A stretch of 61,769 bases of DNA, the filler included. It is 5 parts of 5 records of this genome, joined end to end, with 100 filler letters (N's around TTAATTAATTAA, not from the genome) between each part and the next. Parts side by side here need not be neighbours in the genome. Positions count along the whole stretch, not along the records: positions 41,534 to 49,229 come from SRR31147125_17789; positions 49,330 to 61,769 come from SRR31147125_17803; 3 more parts are not named here. One strand, written 5' to 3'. The stretch's first letter is position 1. The number at the start of each line of letters is the position of its first letter. The position numbers and the translations under genes are program-made. Under the pieces are notes generated by a model. It was not told the origin of the DNA. It did not search any database and was given only the letters and a program-made list of their open reading frames with translations. Shown here piece by piece: positions 41,534 to 54,918 of the stretch.

Positions 41534-43558
41534 GGCTAATATGTCACATGAATTACGAACGCCATTAAATTCTTTACTTGTATTATCACGAATGCTGATT
41601 GAGAACGGAGAGGGGAATTTAAATGACAAACAGGTTGAATATGCGCAAACCATTAATGAATCGGGTAGTGACCTTTTAGCGACCATTAATGACCTGCTGG
41701 ACCTGGCAAAGGTGGAATCCGGCAAAATGGAAATCGTTTATGAACATGTTTCCTTAGCAGACGTCGCTTCTTATGCAGTGCGTAATTTTAAGGTACAGGC
41801 AAAACAAAAAGATCTGGATTTCGATGTATTTCTCGATCCCGTTTTACCAAAATCATTAATAACAGACAAACAACGTCTGAATCAAATTTTGAAAAATTTT
41901 ATATCCAATTCATTAAAATTCACCAGCAAAGGGTATATTCATCTGGATATAAAAAGACCTAATGGAGAATTCAAGTCATTATCCCTGGATTCCAATAATT
42001 ATATAATTTTCTCAGTATCAGACACGGGAAGAGGTATACATAAGGATAAGCAAAACCTTATATTTGAGGCCTTCCAGCAGGAAGATGGAACCACCAGTCG
42101 GAAATATGGTGGTACGGGATTGGGTTTATCCATTTCCAAACAGATTGCTCAAAACCTTGGTGGAGATATTTATGTGCAGAGTGAAGAGGGCAAAGGAAGT
42201 ACTTTTACTCTCTGCCTGCCGGAGGATAGTAATATATTTGATCAATCTAATTTTGCCGGCACTAATACAGTTAAAAAAAACGTATGGAATGAAACGGTTA
42301 TGCAGTTAAATCCGGATAAAAAGAATGGTTCATCCATACACTCAAAATCTGATCAGGATGCGAAAGAAAAAAACGATCCGGGCACAAAATCCTTACTTAT
42401 TATTGAAGATGACAGGATGTTCGCCAATCTGCTTAAAAATAGTGCTAAAAAGCGTGGATTTAATTGCACGGTTGCCAAAGATGGTAAATCGGGATTGTTA
42501 CTTGCGAACCAAATGAAACCCAGTGCTATCATTTTAGATATTCACCTTCCGGATATTGACGGCTGGAAGATACTTGAGGATTTGAAGGAAAATTCGGCAA
42601 CCCGGCATATACCCGTACATTTTATGTCCTCTGATAAAAGCAGTAAAGAAGCGTTTTTAATGGGAGCTATTGGTTTTTTAACCAAGCCGGTCAGCAAGCA
42701 AGACCTGAATAAAGCGTTAAATAATATCGAAAAAACAATATTGAAGAAAATTAAAAATGTCCTTGTCGTTGAAAAAGATACGAAACTGAGATTTTTGATT
42801 CTCGAGTTGCTGCAAAGTAATGATGTTCAACTTACAGCTGTAAAAGGTTCGCAGGAAGCGTTTGATCTATTGGATAAGCAAGACTTTGATTGTATAATTG
42901 TTGATTTTCATTTTATAGATATGCCTATACCGAAATTCCTGAAAAAATTAGAAGCGAAAAAGGATTTTCAAACACCCATTATCATTTATACGGATAAAGA
43001 GTTAAACAAAGAAGAAAAACAACTCATTCAGCAGTACAATGGAGCTGATAATATTATTATAAAGGATGCACAATCACCCGAACAACTCCTTGCCGAGTCG
43101 ACCCTTTTTCTACACCAGGTCGAATCAACTTGCCTGCTGATAAACAAAAAATGTTACATCGAATTTATGATAATGAAAAAATATTTGAAGGTAAAAAGAT
43201 ACTTTTATTTGATGATGATATTAGAAATGTGTTTGCATTGTCTAATCTGTTAGAATCCAAAGGTGCGAAAGTTGTTGTAGGAAGAAACGGTAAAGAGGGT
43301 CTGGAAAAATTAAAAATGAATCCGGATATTGGCCTTGTGCTGATGGATATTATGATGCCGGAAATGGATGGTTATCAGGCCATGGGGGAAATTAGGGAAC
43401 AGGAAAAATATAAAAAACTACCGATCATTGCATTAACTGCAAAGGCGATGAAAGAAGATCGCGCAAAATGTATTGATGCCGGTGCAAATGATTATTTAAC
43501 AAAACCAGTTGATCAGGACAAGCTTTTAACTCTCATGAGAATTTGGCTATATAATTAA
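41534..43558 (+). CDS. Hybrid histidine kinase with three receiver domains, 5' truncated; frameshift near 43127
   Basis: ANMSHELRTPLNS, DTGRGI, GGTGLGLSI, REC x2, then shifted-frame third REC (DDDIRNVFAL, LMDIMMPEMDG, TAKAMK). Confidence 0.9.
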
Positions 43559-43582
43559 CCGCAGCATATCGATTGGATTAGA

Positions 43583-44408
43583 ATGAAAAAAGAAAGTATT
43601 GAGGCACTGGAAATTGATCTGTTATTGGATGCCATTTTTAGAAAATATGATTACGATCTGCATGGATTTAATCGCGATACGTTAGAACGAAGATTGAATC
43701 ATTTTCTTCAGGCATCACGCTTAAAATCCGTTTCTCACGTCATTTACAAGATATTGAGAGATAAAGTTTTTTTCTGAATTGCTTTCAAAACTGTCCATTA
43801 ATGTGACAGAATTATTCAGAGATGCAACCTTTTATCAGGCTATGCGAGAGCAGATAATACCGAAATTGAAAGATCATTCCATCATAAAGATCTGGCATGC
43901 CGGATGTTCTACCGGTGAAGAAGTCTATTCGCTGGCTATTTTGCTTTATGAAGAGGGGCTCCTGGATAAATGTGTTATATATGGAACTGATTTTAATCAT
44001 GAAAATATTGAAAAAGCGAATAATGGTATTTTCCCATTGCATCTGATGCGTAAATATTCAGATAACTATCGAAAATCCGGCGGCAAGAATTCCTTTGCCA
44101 ACTATTTTAAGACGAACTATGATAATGCCATCATTAGCCCGGACATAAGATCAAAAATTATCTTTAGCTATCATAATCTGATTTCAGACAATCCATTTGG
44201 AGAAATGAACCTTTTACTTTGTCGCAATGTATTAATTTATTTTAATGCCCATCTGCGGGAATCTGTTATTAAATTATTTTATAAAAGTCTGGAAAAGGAT
44301 GGTATATTTTGTCTTGGAGCAAAAGAATCATTGTATCTTTCAGAATTGGAAAACCATTTTAAAGAACTTGTCAAGGAAGAAAAAATATATTTGAAAAAAC
44401 ATGATTGA
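43583..44408 (+). CDS. cheR: CheR-type protein-glutamate methyltransferase; frameshift in T-run near 43770
   Basis: [48 protein letters not shown]. Confidence 0.9.
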
Positions 44409-44491
44409 GGCGGATCATAGGAATTGCTGCTATACTATCGATAAGATGGTATGCGGGGAGTGTGAAATATAAACAAGGAGGTGGGATCAGT

Positions 44492-46558
44492 ATGGATATT
44501 GGATTAACCAGTACAAATATTCTCATAGTTGACGACAAACCAGCAAATCTTCTTGCTCTGGAAAGTATTCTGGAACCTCTTGGAGTGACTCTTTTAAAGG
44601 CCTCATCCGGGGCAAGGGCTTTGGATCTTGTTCTGGAACATGACCTGGCTCTGATTCTTTTGGATGTACAGATGCCAGACATGGACGGATTTGAAACAGC
44701 CGAAATCATCAGAGGGCATGAACGATTTTGCCAGATTCCGATTATTTTTGTGACAGCTATAAACAAGGAACAAAAGTATATTTTTAAAGGCTATGAGACA
44801 GGTGCGGTAGATTATCTGTTTAAACCGCTTGATCCGGACATTCTCCACGCAAAAGTAAAAATATTTATAGACCTTTACAGGCAAAATAAAAAAATAAAAA
44901 ATCAATCGAAAGAATTAAAGGCAAAGGTTGAATCCTTAAAAAAGACGCTATGTGAACTGGAAAAAGTGAAAAAACAGGCAGAAGTCGCATCACAGGCGAA
45001 AAGTGAATTCCTTGCCAATATGAGTCATGAGATCCGAACGCCGATGAATGGCATTATTGGTATGACCGGATTGCTCATGGACACAAATTTAAATCCGGAA
45101 CAAAAAAGTTTTGTTGAAACAATTCGGAATTGTAATGATGCTCTTTTGTCCGTTGTTAATGAAATTCTTGATTTTTCCAAAATCGAAGCCGGAAAACTGG
45201 ATCTGGAAAAACAACCTTTTTCCATTTTTGGCTGTGTAGAAGATGCCATTGATTTCTTTACCCAGGAGGCAGGTGAGAAAAATATTGAGCTTTTGTTTGA
45301 ACCGGATATTGATTTTAAAAACATTGTCATTGGCGATGTTACCCGTGTCCGTCAAATAATTGTCAACCTGTTGAGTAATGCTCTCAAATACACGCAGAAT
45401 GGATTTATAAAGATAAAATTGCACTCGCAGAAAATAGCTGAAAATGATATAAAGTTAAATTTTAGCGTTCAGGACACAGGCCTTGGCATACCAAAAGAGA
45501 AACAAGACAGGTTATTCAAGGTCTTTAGTCAGGTCGATGCCTCAACAACACGGTGTTTTGGTGGCACGGGTCTTGGATTAGCTATTTGTAAACGCTTATG
45601 CAACCTGATGAACGGAACTATATGGGTGGAAAGCGAAGAAGGTAAAGGTTCTACATTTTATTTCAATATTATTGTTAGTGTCTCACATCAAGTTGATGAC
45701 AGTGGCCTGTTTGATAAAGAATTTCATACAAACAATAAACTACTCATCCTGCAAAGTGATACGTTTCATTTTGATTATAAAAAAATATGTGATCCATTAA
45801 ATCTGAATTATGAAATAATAACCGATCCGGAATCCCTGGTTCAATGTTGCGAAAAAAACGACGAATTTAGCCAGATTGTTATAGATTATGACATGAATGA
45901 TTTATTAGAAAATAGAATTTTTGAAAAATTATCATTATCGAAAAGCAAGAAATCCGTATTATTAATTTATCCACGGACAAAAGAATTCAGTAATATACAA
46001 TCATCGCTAAGTCCAAATTTAAAACTTGGCTTTATGAGCAAACCTTTTCGTCGATATTCCTTTGTAAACCATCTTTATGAATCACTGAATCAGGACAGTT
46101 CGGATATAATGAAGAAAAAGGAACCTGAATTCAATAAAGATGGTAAGGTCATGTATGCAGCGTGGCGGATATTACTTGTCGATGATAATCTCGTAAATCA
46201 AAAAGTGGCCACATTATTACTTCAAAGATTAGGTTTTACTATTGTTGATGTAGCATGCAACGGTAAAGAGGCGCTCCAAGCAGTGCAAAATTACCCCTAT
46301 GATGTGATCTTTATGGATGTGCACATGCCTGTCATGGATGGTATTGAAGCCACAAAACAAATTAAACTTTTATATGCTAAAGACAATAAGCCCAGTATTT
46401 GTGCTATGACAGCCAGTTCAATGAAAGAAGATCAGGAAAATTGCCTGGCTGCAGGAATGGATTATTACATCAGCAAACCTGTTAGAATTGAAGAGTTGAA
46501 AAAGGTTGTTTTAGCAATAGCAACAGCGGAAGAGCAAGCCGATGAGGTGTTGTTATAG
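44492..46558 (+). CDS. Hybrid REC-HisKA-HATPase-REC histidine kinase
   Basis: SD GGAGGTG before ATG 44492; [48 protein letters not shown]. Confidence 0.93.
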   Translation: MDIGLTSTNILIVDDKPANLLALESILEPLGVTLLKASSGARALDLVLEHDLALILLDVQMPDMDGFETAEIIRGHERFCQIPIIFVTAINKEQKYIFKGYETGAVDYLFKPLDPDILHAKVKIFIDLYRQNKKIKNQSKELKAKVESLKKTLCELEKVKKQAEVASQAKSEFLANMSHEIRTPMNGIIGMTGLLMDTNLNPEQKSFVETIRNCNDALLSVVNEILDFSKIEAGKLDLEKQPFSIFGCVEDAIDFFTQEAGEKNIELLFEPDIDFKNIVIGDVTRVRQIIVNLLSNALKYTQNGFIKIKLHSQKIAENDIKLNFSVQDTGLGIPKEKQDRLFKVFSQVDASTTRCFGGTGLGLAICKRLCNLMNGTIWVESEEGKGSTFYFNIIVSVSHQVDDSGLFDKEFHTNNKLLILQSDTFHFDYKKICDPLNLNYEIITDPESLVQCCEKNDEFSQIVIDYDMNDLLENRIFEKLSLSKSKKSVLLIYPRTKEFSNIQSSLSPNLKLGFMSKPFRRYSFVNHLYESLNQDSSDIMKKKEPEFNKDGKVMYAAWRILLVDDNLVNQKVATLLLQRLGFTIVDVACNGKEALQAVQNYPYDVIFMDVHMPVMDGIEATKQIKLLYAKDNKPSICAMTASSMKEDQENCLAAGMDYYISKPVRIEELKKVVLAIATAEEQADEVLL

Positions 46559-47052
46559 GAAAAGGTGAAAGTCTGATTCAATAATTTGTAATTCGTTAGC
46601 TTATTTGTCTGTTACCTGCATTTGACAGTCTCGTTTTATTATATTTTTGTGCTATTTTTTTATCATTCTATGATAGCTGCTTATTTTTCCCACAACCTGA
46701 ATAATACTTATTACCGGTAAATCGGAGCATTGTATCTATATCCACATGATTTCGAAGAAAAAGACAAGTATAAATCGTTGTCATGTTTCAGGTATGAAGC
46801 AAACAATGGTTCATCGATCTTCACCATAGCTAATCAACGTCTATTAGTATTTACCATATTTATTTTTATAGCAACAAGAATGAATAAGAGGGTCCTTCAG
46901 AAATGTAATCCTCACATAATCCCTGTTATCTACGAGTTATTTTACTCTTTTTTCTGCTATATTTTGTTGGTTATTTATTAGATTTTAATATCTTATATTA
47001 CTACTACCGACTGCAACCTGTTTCTCACAAAAAATATCATTTCTTTTTAATA

Positions 47053-48666
47053 ATGAAAAATAATGGTAAAAAAATGGCAAAATATAATAGACGAGATTTT
47101 TTGCGATCCCTGGGTTTGAGCGCATTCGTTTTAACAACAACAAGCTGTATGCGTTCTAAAAGGACAATAACTGAAAAACCCAATATAGTCCTCATCATGG
47201 CTGATGATATGGGCTTTTCAGATATAGGCTGTTATGGCGGAGAGATTAATACGCCCAATATTGATAGTTTGGCGAAAGGAGGCGTGCGATTTACGCAATT
47301 TTATAATAATTCCATATGTGTACCAACGCGAGCCTCTCTACTTACCGGACTATATTCGCAGCAGGTTGGTGTGTTTGCCAATTCACCCAAAGTGTATGAG
47401 AATTGTGTGACATTGGCGGAGGTACTCAAAACAGCAGGTTATCGCACGCTTATGACCGGTAAATGGCACGCGCAGGAAATTCCCACTCGGAGGGGATTTG
47501 ACCGGTATTTTGGATTATGTGACGGGTGCTGTAATTTCTTTAATCCCGGACCCCGTCGTCCGGGTGAAGCTGAACCGGGTCGCAAATTGACCAGTTACGG
47601 TTACCCGCGTCGCTGGGCTGTGGATGATAAAGAGTACCAACCCTATTCACCAAAGGAAAAGGATTTTTATACCACAGATGCATTTACAGATCATGCTCTG
47701 GATTACCTTGATTTGTATGGTAAAGAAGAAAAACCTTTCTTTTTATACCTGGCTTATACGGCTCCTCATTATCCATTACATGCCTGGCCTGAGGATATCG
47801 CAAAATATCGGGGTAAATATAAAATTGGTTGGGATAAATTAAGGCAACAGCGATTTGAACGTCAAAAACAGTTGGGATTGTTTGATAAAGATGTTGACAT
47901 GTCACCACGGGATGAAGAGGTACCGGAATGGACAGATGTAAAAGATAAAGACAGCTGGGATCTGACCATGGCTGTGTATGCCGCCATGATTGACCGAATG
48001 GATCAGAACATCGGCAGAGTGCTGCAAAAGGTGAAGGACCTTGGCAAGGAGGAAAATACCCTGGTATTGTTTTTATCGGACAATGGCGGTTGTGCCGGCA
48101 AGGCAAACTATACACCGGATATTCCTCCTGGCCCGGTAGAGTCTTATCGGTCGGTAGATCCACCGTGGGCAAACGCCAGTAATACGCCGTTTCGTAAGTA
48201 TAAAGTATGGGATCACGAAGGCGGTATCTGTACACCATTTATAGCATATTGGCCTGCTATTATAAAGCGCAAAGGGGAATTAACCAGACAAGTCGGTCAT
48301 ATCGTTGATATTATGGCGACGTTTGTCGATATCACCGGGGCAGAATATCCTGATGCTTACAATGGCCGCAAAGTTCTGCCGATGGAAGGACAGAGTTTGC
48401 TGCCTGTTCTCAAAGGTGAAAAAGAGTTGGAACGCAAGGCGCTTTATTGGCAAATCGCACCAGGTAAAAACAGGGCTATCCGCCAAGGTAGCTGGAAGCT
48501 GGTATCTACATCAGCAAAGGCTCCATGGGAGTTGTATAACCTTGAGAAAGACCGGGTTGAAATGAATAATGTGGCCGCTGACTATCCGGAAAAGGTAGAA
48601 GAAATGGCACAAATGTACGAGAGCTGGGCTAAAAAGGTTGGTATAAAAAACAGGCAGTCACAGTAA
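47053..48666 (+). CDS. Tat-exported arylsulfatase (Cys-type, formylglycine-dependent)
   Basis: NRRDFL twin-arginine signal, PNIVLIMADDMG, CVPTRASLLTG, GKWH, SDNG. Confidence 0.95.
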   Translation: MKNNGKKMAKYNRRDFLRSLGLSAFVLTTTSCMRSKRTITEKPNIVLIMADDMGFSDIGCYGGEINTPNIDSLAKGGVRFTQFYNNSICVPTRASLLTGLYSQQVGVFANSPKVYENCVTLAEVLKTAGYRTLMTGKWHAQEIPTRRGFDRYFGLCDGCCNFFNPGPRRPGEAEPGRKLTSYGYPRRWAVDDKEYQPYSPKEKDFYTTDAFTDHALDYLDLYGKEEKPFFLYLAYTAPHYPLHAWPEDIAKYRGKYKIGWDKLRQQRFERQKQLGLFDKDVDMSPRDEEVPEWTDVKDKDSWDLTMAVYAAMIDRMDQNIGRVLQKVKDLGKEENTLVLFLSDNGGCAGKANYTPDIPPGPVESYRSVDPPWANASNTPFRKYKVWDHEGGICTPFIAYWPAIIKRKGELTRQVGHIVDIMATFVDITGAEYPDAYNGRKVLPMEGQSLLPVLKGEKELERKALYWQIAPGKNRAIRQGSWKLVSTSAKAPWELYNLEKDRVEMNNVAADYPEKVEEMAQMYESWAKKVGIKNRQSQ

Positions 48667-48683
48667 TTCAGGGAGAATGAAAT

Positions 48684-49229
48684 ATGGTTTGTCGGTGTAA
48701 AGCACTACTATTTTTGTCATTAATCTATTTTATAGCTGCAGCTCCCGTAAAAAGTCAATCTATTCGGATAAACAATGGCGAATATCTATTTTTAGATAAC
48801 GAGCTTGTTGAAAAGACCGAAAACATAACCAGACGCATCAATAAAGCGCGTAAATATGTTCAAAATCCGGTCTTAATACCCGACAAACCATGGGAAGGGA
48901 GCAGAGTCCTCTTGTTTGGTTCTGTTATTTTTGATCAGCAGGAAAACCTGTTCAAAATGTGGTATTATTGTGACGGCGGGCATGTGGCTTATGCCACAAG
49001 TGTTGATGGTATCATGTGGAAAAAACCGGAGCTTGATGTGGTTTTGCGGGATGGAGCAAAGACGAACATTGTTATCGAACGTGGTAATTTCGGCTACTTT
49101 TATGAAATTTTTGGTGTTTTAAAAGATGATCATGATCCGGATCCGACCAGAAGATACAAGGCCGGATATGTCAGCATCCAAAAAAAATATTCAGGTGAAA
49201 ATGAGGATCCTTTTCATAGAGGACAAAAA
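48684..49229 (+). CDS. Exported glycoside-hydrolase-like beta-propeller protein, 3' truncated
   Basis: Signal peptide, LFLD, NPVL.PDKPWEG, FKMWY, YATSVDGIMWKKP, D.HDPDPTRRYK. Confidence 0.6.
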
Positions 49230-49329
49230 NNNNNNNNNNNNNNNNNNNNNNNNNNNNNNNNNNNNNNNNNNNNTTAATTAATTAANNNNNNNNNNNNNNN
49301 NNNNNNNNNNNNNNNNNNNNNNNNNNNNN
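49230..49329. other. Artificial contig-joining spacer
   Basis: N44-TTAATTAATTAA-N44. Confidence 0.98.
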
Positions 49330-52300
49330 AAAGTTAAAGTTACCGAGTAGTTTAAGTGGCCCTTTTTGCAGGAACTTTACTTTCTTAAATGGTTCAACAA
49401 GTTTTGGCCGGTTAACGTAATTGTACGATAATACAAAATTGTGTGTTTTCTCTATTTCATGTTCGGTTGTTTCATCGTGAGTAGAAGTTTCGTTATAAGA
49501 GTAGGTAAGCGAAATATTGTCAGGATCCCACAAATGAGTTTTTTCTTTTGGTTTTTGAGGTGTGACCTTAACATTGGTGAAATTAATACTTTTGCGTTCA
49601 ACCACTTCCTGTGCAATACTCATTAACGAGTCTTTATCTTCTTGTGTTTCTAAGGCATCCAGTGCATCATCCAGTTCAATATCCGGATCGAGAGGATTGT
49701 ATTCAGGTGTTGTAACACTTTTAGAGTAGCCGTAATACATTGGTATTTTCACTCCGGCTTTTTCAGGGAAGAAACGGCCCCAGTCGATAGATGCAGTAAC
49801 ATCAATTGAAGAATAGTCTTCCATCGACCGTTCGGTTACACTTTCATCAATACTCCCAAAACCAGCGGTGCTTCTTTGTGTGGCAACAGTAACTGTTCCG
49901 AGGTCGGCCAGGCGGGTAGTCATTCGGGCATTTGCGGCCCATCCTCCCTCGTTGTCAAGTCCGGATAAACGTAACTCGTTTGCCCACACTTCAACCGATT
50001 TAGAGCCTGTATTAACTTGTCCCTGCGGATTTCGGATACCCATCATAAACACTTCTACATCGCCAAGGTTAGGGCTTCCTTTTATTTTTATGGTATTTTT
50101 TCCATCGTTGGTATCTCCGTCGGCTGCTTCATATACTTCCGCAGTTGAAGCAGTTCCATCGCTAATGGCTGAGTTACGTTCAAGTTTTAAATCGGTGAAT
50201 ATTTCGAACGAAATATCTATATTATTTGCTTCAGGCCAAACAATATAACGGTCGTCTTCATCGTCGTTGTCGTATTCCACGCCACTGTAAGCAGGAGTTA
50301 ATTGTAGAGGAATTTCGTATTCGTAATAGTTGTTGTTGTAGTCGGAGCCCATTCGGATGAAGAAGTACATTTCTTCATCTTCTAAATCATACCCTTCAAT
50401 TTCTTCAGCATGAACATACATCTTTAGTTCTTCGTAATTTCTAAAATCCATGTATAACGATTTGTAAGCTGCAACAGCATCGCCATTGCCCAAATCGGTT
50501 ACTTCCATAGTTATCGATTGTTCGTCGAGTTGTGTTAAAGAAGTGCTCGACGCATCAATGTCGCGGTCTACTCCCGGAGGAAGTACATAGTTAACCGGTT
50601 CGCGGCTTCCATTTTCTTCAATACTAACTGCCGATATTTCGAATTCGGTATCGGGCGATTCAACCACATTTGTTTCGTCAATAATATCGCCGGAGTATTC
50701 GCGCCAATCTGCCCGCACAAGATCGAGTGTGGCAAAACGCATAATCATAGAATCTGAAAAGCCGGTCATAAACATCCTCATAAAACGAATGGAGCTGTAA
50801 TCGTCAATGTCACCAAATGTTTCATCGGGCGAGTAAACCGGAATTTGAAACTGGTACCAGTCTACTTCGCCAATTTCGCCGTTTTCGAGCTCTACCGAGG
50901 AGCTTTGTTTATCGGTGATGTAATTCTCGCCAACAACCATATCTTCTCGTCTTACACTTACTTTATACTGGTAATAAGCTTCGTACTCGCTCAGTGTATT
51001 GTCGTCATTAATATCTTCAACATCAGGAATGGTGGTAGCTGATGTGGTGTAACTTTCATCCGACATTTCAGAAGTAGGAGAGTTACCATCGGGGCCGTTG
51101 TATTTTTTATACCGTGTAAGAATATCTACCTCATCGTCGTCGTAGTCTGAGCCCCGGTAATAATGGTAATTGTCGGTCGCGGGGTCGGCTTCTGCCGCCA
51201 GATAAACAGCGTCTTCTACCTTCATTTTAAGTTTTTCGAGGTATTCTTCAAAAAACGAGGCTTCATCGTCATCGTTTAATCCGTCGAAACCAATATCCTG
51301 GTATTGTCTCGATGAGGTAGTATTGTCGAAGGAAGTAACAAGCGACTGTTCTGTTGATACACGTCCCCAAATAGTGGTGTCAACATCTGTTACTTCTTCG
51401 GTAGTAGGAAGTCCGTTTTCGAAAGCTTTACGCGAGTCTTTTAAAATATCTTCAGAAACGCTGCCAAGGTTAAAATACAAGTCACCACCCTCGTGATCTT
51501 CAAGAGTGTCGTTTATGAACGGATCCATTACCCAAAATTCGATGTACTGGATATTGGCAGTTTCAAAATCGCTTGTTGAAATTTCGCGCATTATACCTCC
51601 CCAGCGACTTTCCGGATCGCGAAGGGTACCATCAGAATTTACACCGGCCGAATAGCTGGAGCTGCCGGTATCGAAGTTATATGGTCCACGTTCATCGGGA
51701 TAATACGCCAGGTTGAGTACGGTAATGTTTGTTGTCTCTCCGGTTTCGTATTCCCTGTCGGGAAAAATTTCTTGTTCGTAAATTTCCCGAACCAGGTGGT
51801 TCGACTGCATATCCGGATCAGTCTTAATATGGTCGGGGGTATACGAATTGTTTCTTAAAAATATTGGATCGATGTTATAGAATGCCAGTTTTGCACGGTT
51901 AATACCGTAGTCGGTACTACTTGTAAGGTTGCCTTCGGGGAACATATCGTACTGGTATTGCGGAGTACTGGCCAGCGCCCACGACGTAAGCGTCCTCATG
52001 TCGATATCTGTTGTTGTTGATTCAAAGTCATCAATATAAACGCAACCATCGGCAGAGCTTGAAGTTCCGGGAACCAGTTTGGCATACTCTCCTTCGAAAC
52101 TAAAGGCCGATGTAGCAGAACTACTGTAAAATGGTAATTTATTCAGCAACCTTGTAATCCCCATACTTTCGGTGTCGTAGCTGGCATCGAGACCAAACAT
52201 TAGGTTCGAAATCGGATCGTCGCCATAGTCTACCTTCTCGGTTAATGCCCTTTCGTTCATATACAACATGGTACCTCCAATGTTAAAATTATCGGAAAAG

Positions 52301-54486
52301 GCATAATTGGCATGAGAACCCATCAGGGTTTTTGTTTGCATAGAATAGAGGTCTTCGCTTTCGCTCGATACTTCGATTGGAGTACCGGCCTCCAGCAATG
52401 CCGAGTTTATAATTGTAACTGTTCCCAAAGTGTAATCAACTATATAGTCAACATTTTCGGTTAAAATAGAGCCACTGGCAGATACTGTAACCGAACCTTG
52501 AGTAAGGTTATACGAGCCCAGCGAAATACTTGAGCTGGAGGTACCCGTGTAGCTACCCGTTAATTTAAATTTATTGTGCTCGGCATCTTGTTCTGCGTAA
52601 ACTGCAGTCGAGTCGTATAACGATTGGAAGGTATATGTCTCAATGTCGGTGGGACTTTGTATGGAATCGGCCAGGTGGCTTCCAAAAGGTTCCAGTACCG
52701 GAAAGATAATTCTTCCGTTATCAGAATTGATTGTTATGTCTTCAACATAATCGAATACCCCATCCGATGTTTCATCAAGCTGACTGTTTAGATTATCCAG
52801 GTTCATTACCTGAAGTAAAATATGGCCTTCGAGCGAGCTGCCCGGCAAATAGTTTATGTCGGTACCCGATGAATCGCTTTGATAAACAACGTTTAATTCA
52901 AAATCTTCGTCGGAAAGAGAATAAGCATTTAGGTTGTAAATGTTTTTCATCATCAAGTCCCAGGTGGGTTTACTTGGCGAAAGGTTGGTGCCTTTCAGCA
53001 TCTTTACGAACAATGTTTTTGGTGCGTCAATTCCGTCGGTAGAGAATTCTCCAACCTGAAATGTTTCTCCGTTTACGGTGTAATTGTAGGCTACGGCAAG
53101 AACCTCGTCGGAAGTAAGTGCAGAGCTTAATGAAATATACCCCAGTGTTTCGCTGTAAGAATATTCCGAGTCATCCAATAATCTGGCTTGTTCTACCTTC
53201 TCGTAATCGGTACCTCCAACAAATTGAGATCCAAATTGAGATAATACAGTGGTAATATTTGAAACCGTCCGAACATCGGAATATGTTCCGCTAAGCTCAC
53301 TATAAATGCCGTTTGCACTGTTGTTGGGATACGTGTTCTCGGGATAGCCCTGGCCTCCTGATTCCTGAAATTGTGCAACGTCGTTGTAAATGTGAGGATC
53401 GTGTTCGCCAAGATCATGTACTGCCAGAATATTTCTTGCATCGCTATAATCGCTTGATTTGTTGGTTACCCATATTTCAATTTTATTAATGGTAACCGGC
53501 GAACCGGGAATAGCGGTATTTTTTAGCCATTCATCGTAGTGATCGCGAAAATAATGCGAAAGAAAAAAGTGTCGCTTGGCATCGTAATTGGCTGCCGATA
53601 TCTCGAAAGTAGCAACTTGTGCTCCTCCTTCTGTCGACACGGTAGTAGTTTCTCCTTTACTTTGCGAGAACAGGGTTGTAACATTTAATTTACCAAATTG
53701 CATATCTGCCTTAACACCAAAAAGGTTCGATGCGCCGGTAATTAACGAGCCGTTTAAAGGCAGAGAAACATTACCGGCTTCAATTTTTTTCAGAATCTCA
53801 TCTTCGTCGCCGGTATATTCTATGTTCATTTTATTTTCATAATCGAATGTTGCCTCGGTGTTATAGTTCACACTCATATTCATTTTTGTACCAATTTGCC
53901 CGGTAACATTCATCTGTATTTTTTCATCGAAATCGAAAGTAGGAACCGATCGTAAATTTTCAGAAATAGAAGGATTTTCGGTGGTATTTACCTCGTAACC
54001 AAAACTTACCTCTACGTAACCTTGTGGTTGTATATTAATAGTATTCCCTCCAAAAATTTGGCTGAATGCTTCGCTTTCTACAGTCAGTTTTGGTATCATG
54101 CCTCCCCGGCTATCCATATCTTCGAGCTGCGAACGCGATTTCCAATAAGCGCGCACCGATTTATCGAAATCGTAATCGATATATTCACCGAGCGACATAC
54201 TTTGCGGCAAACGATAATTCATGGTTCCCACTTTTTCGTAGAAAACATATTCGCCAAGCACAGGGTCGTATTCAATTTCGTATTTAATATTATTTGGTTT
54301 GTTCAGAAATAATTTTGAAGAATCCTGATTGCTATATCCAAAGGCGGGTTGGTCTTCAAAAGGGTAGGGAAGAGTTCCGCTGGTATCGACTTCGGGTAAA
54401 TTCTGGGCTCTTCCGGTAAAAGGAATAAGGGTAACAATAACAGTAAATATGAAGAATATCTTTAGAAAATCTTGGTCAAACGTCAT
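49330..54486 (-). CDS. sprA: T9SS outer-membrane translocon SprA/Sov, copy B (acid-shifted), 3' truncated
   Basis: Signal peptide ending GRA-Q; IFGGNTINIQPQG, YTGDEDEI..IEAGNVSLPL, WDLMMKNIY, RWGGIMR, VWANELRL, GGWAA. Confidence 0.95.
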
Positions 54487-54841
54487 CTCTTTTAGCTCTT
54501 TTAAAATGCTGAAAAATCGTAATTGTTTTCATCTTCACGGGTTCTTTCCCGGATGAAAACCCTCTTCGTTTTATTACGTTTTCAGGTGGTGCTAAAAGTT
54601 GTTTCTGAGTAGCTATGAAACAATTTGTGCAATACAAAGTCAAGAATGACTAAAAAACAGAATAGCTAAAGCAGATAACGATTCACCTTTGATTGTATTG
54701 TCTACAGTGTGTAAACTTTTGCAGGTATTTTGTAGCTTTTAATTTGAGTTTGTGCAGTTTTTGTGCGTATGTGGCTAATAACCTTTTAGATATAAATTTA
54801 GGCGATTAACGTTTTTAGAGAATAAAATTATTCGAAATATG

Positions 54842-54876
54842 AAAAAAATCCGGTCCTGATTAATATAGGGACCGGA
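54842..54876 (-). terminator. Rho-independent terminator between the sprA copies
   Basis: TCCGGTCC...GGACCGGA stem followed by T7 on the minus strand. Confidence 0.75.
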
Positions 54877-54918
54877 ATCTTATATTTTTAATAGAACAGA
54901 GCTTACTGGTTTAAGCGC

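Noticed and set aside
43775-43777. TGA read-through in cheR
   Set aside because: The downstream half is in a different frame; a T-run indel explains it
46730-46981. 83-aa ORF between kinase and sulfatase, and the similar 41112-41354 ORF
   Set aside because: TTG starts, no SD, no motifs, AT-rich intergenic composition
19868-49329. Repeated TTAATTAATTAA motif flanked by Ns
   Set aside because: Synthetic six-frame-stop linker, not biological; any system spanning these spacers is spurious
54487-54840. Bacteroidota -7/-33 promoter for sprA copy B
   Set aside because: Only a near match (TGACTTTG versus TAnnTTTG) was found, too weak to call
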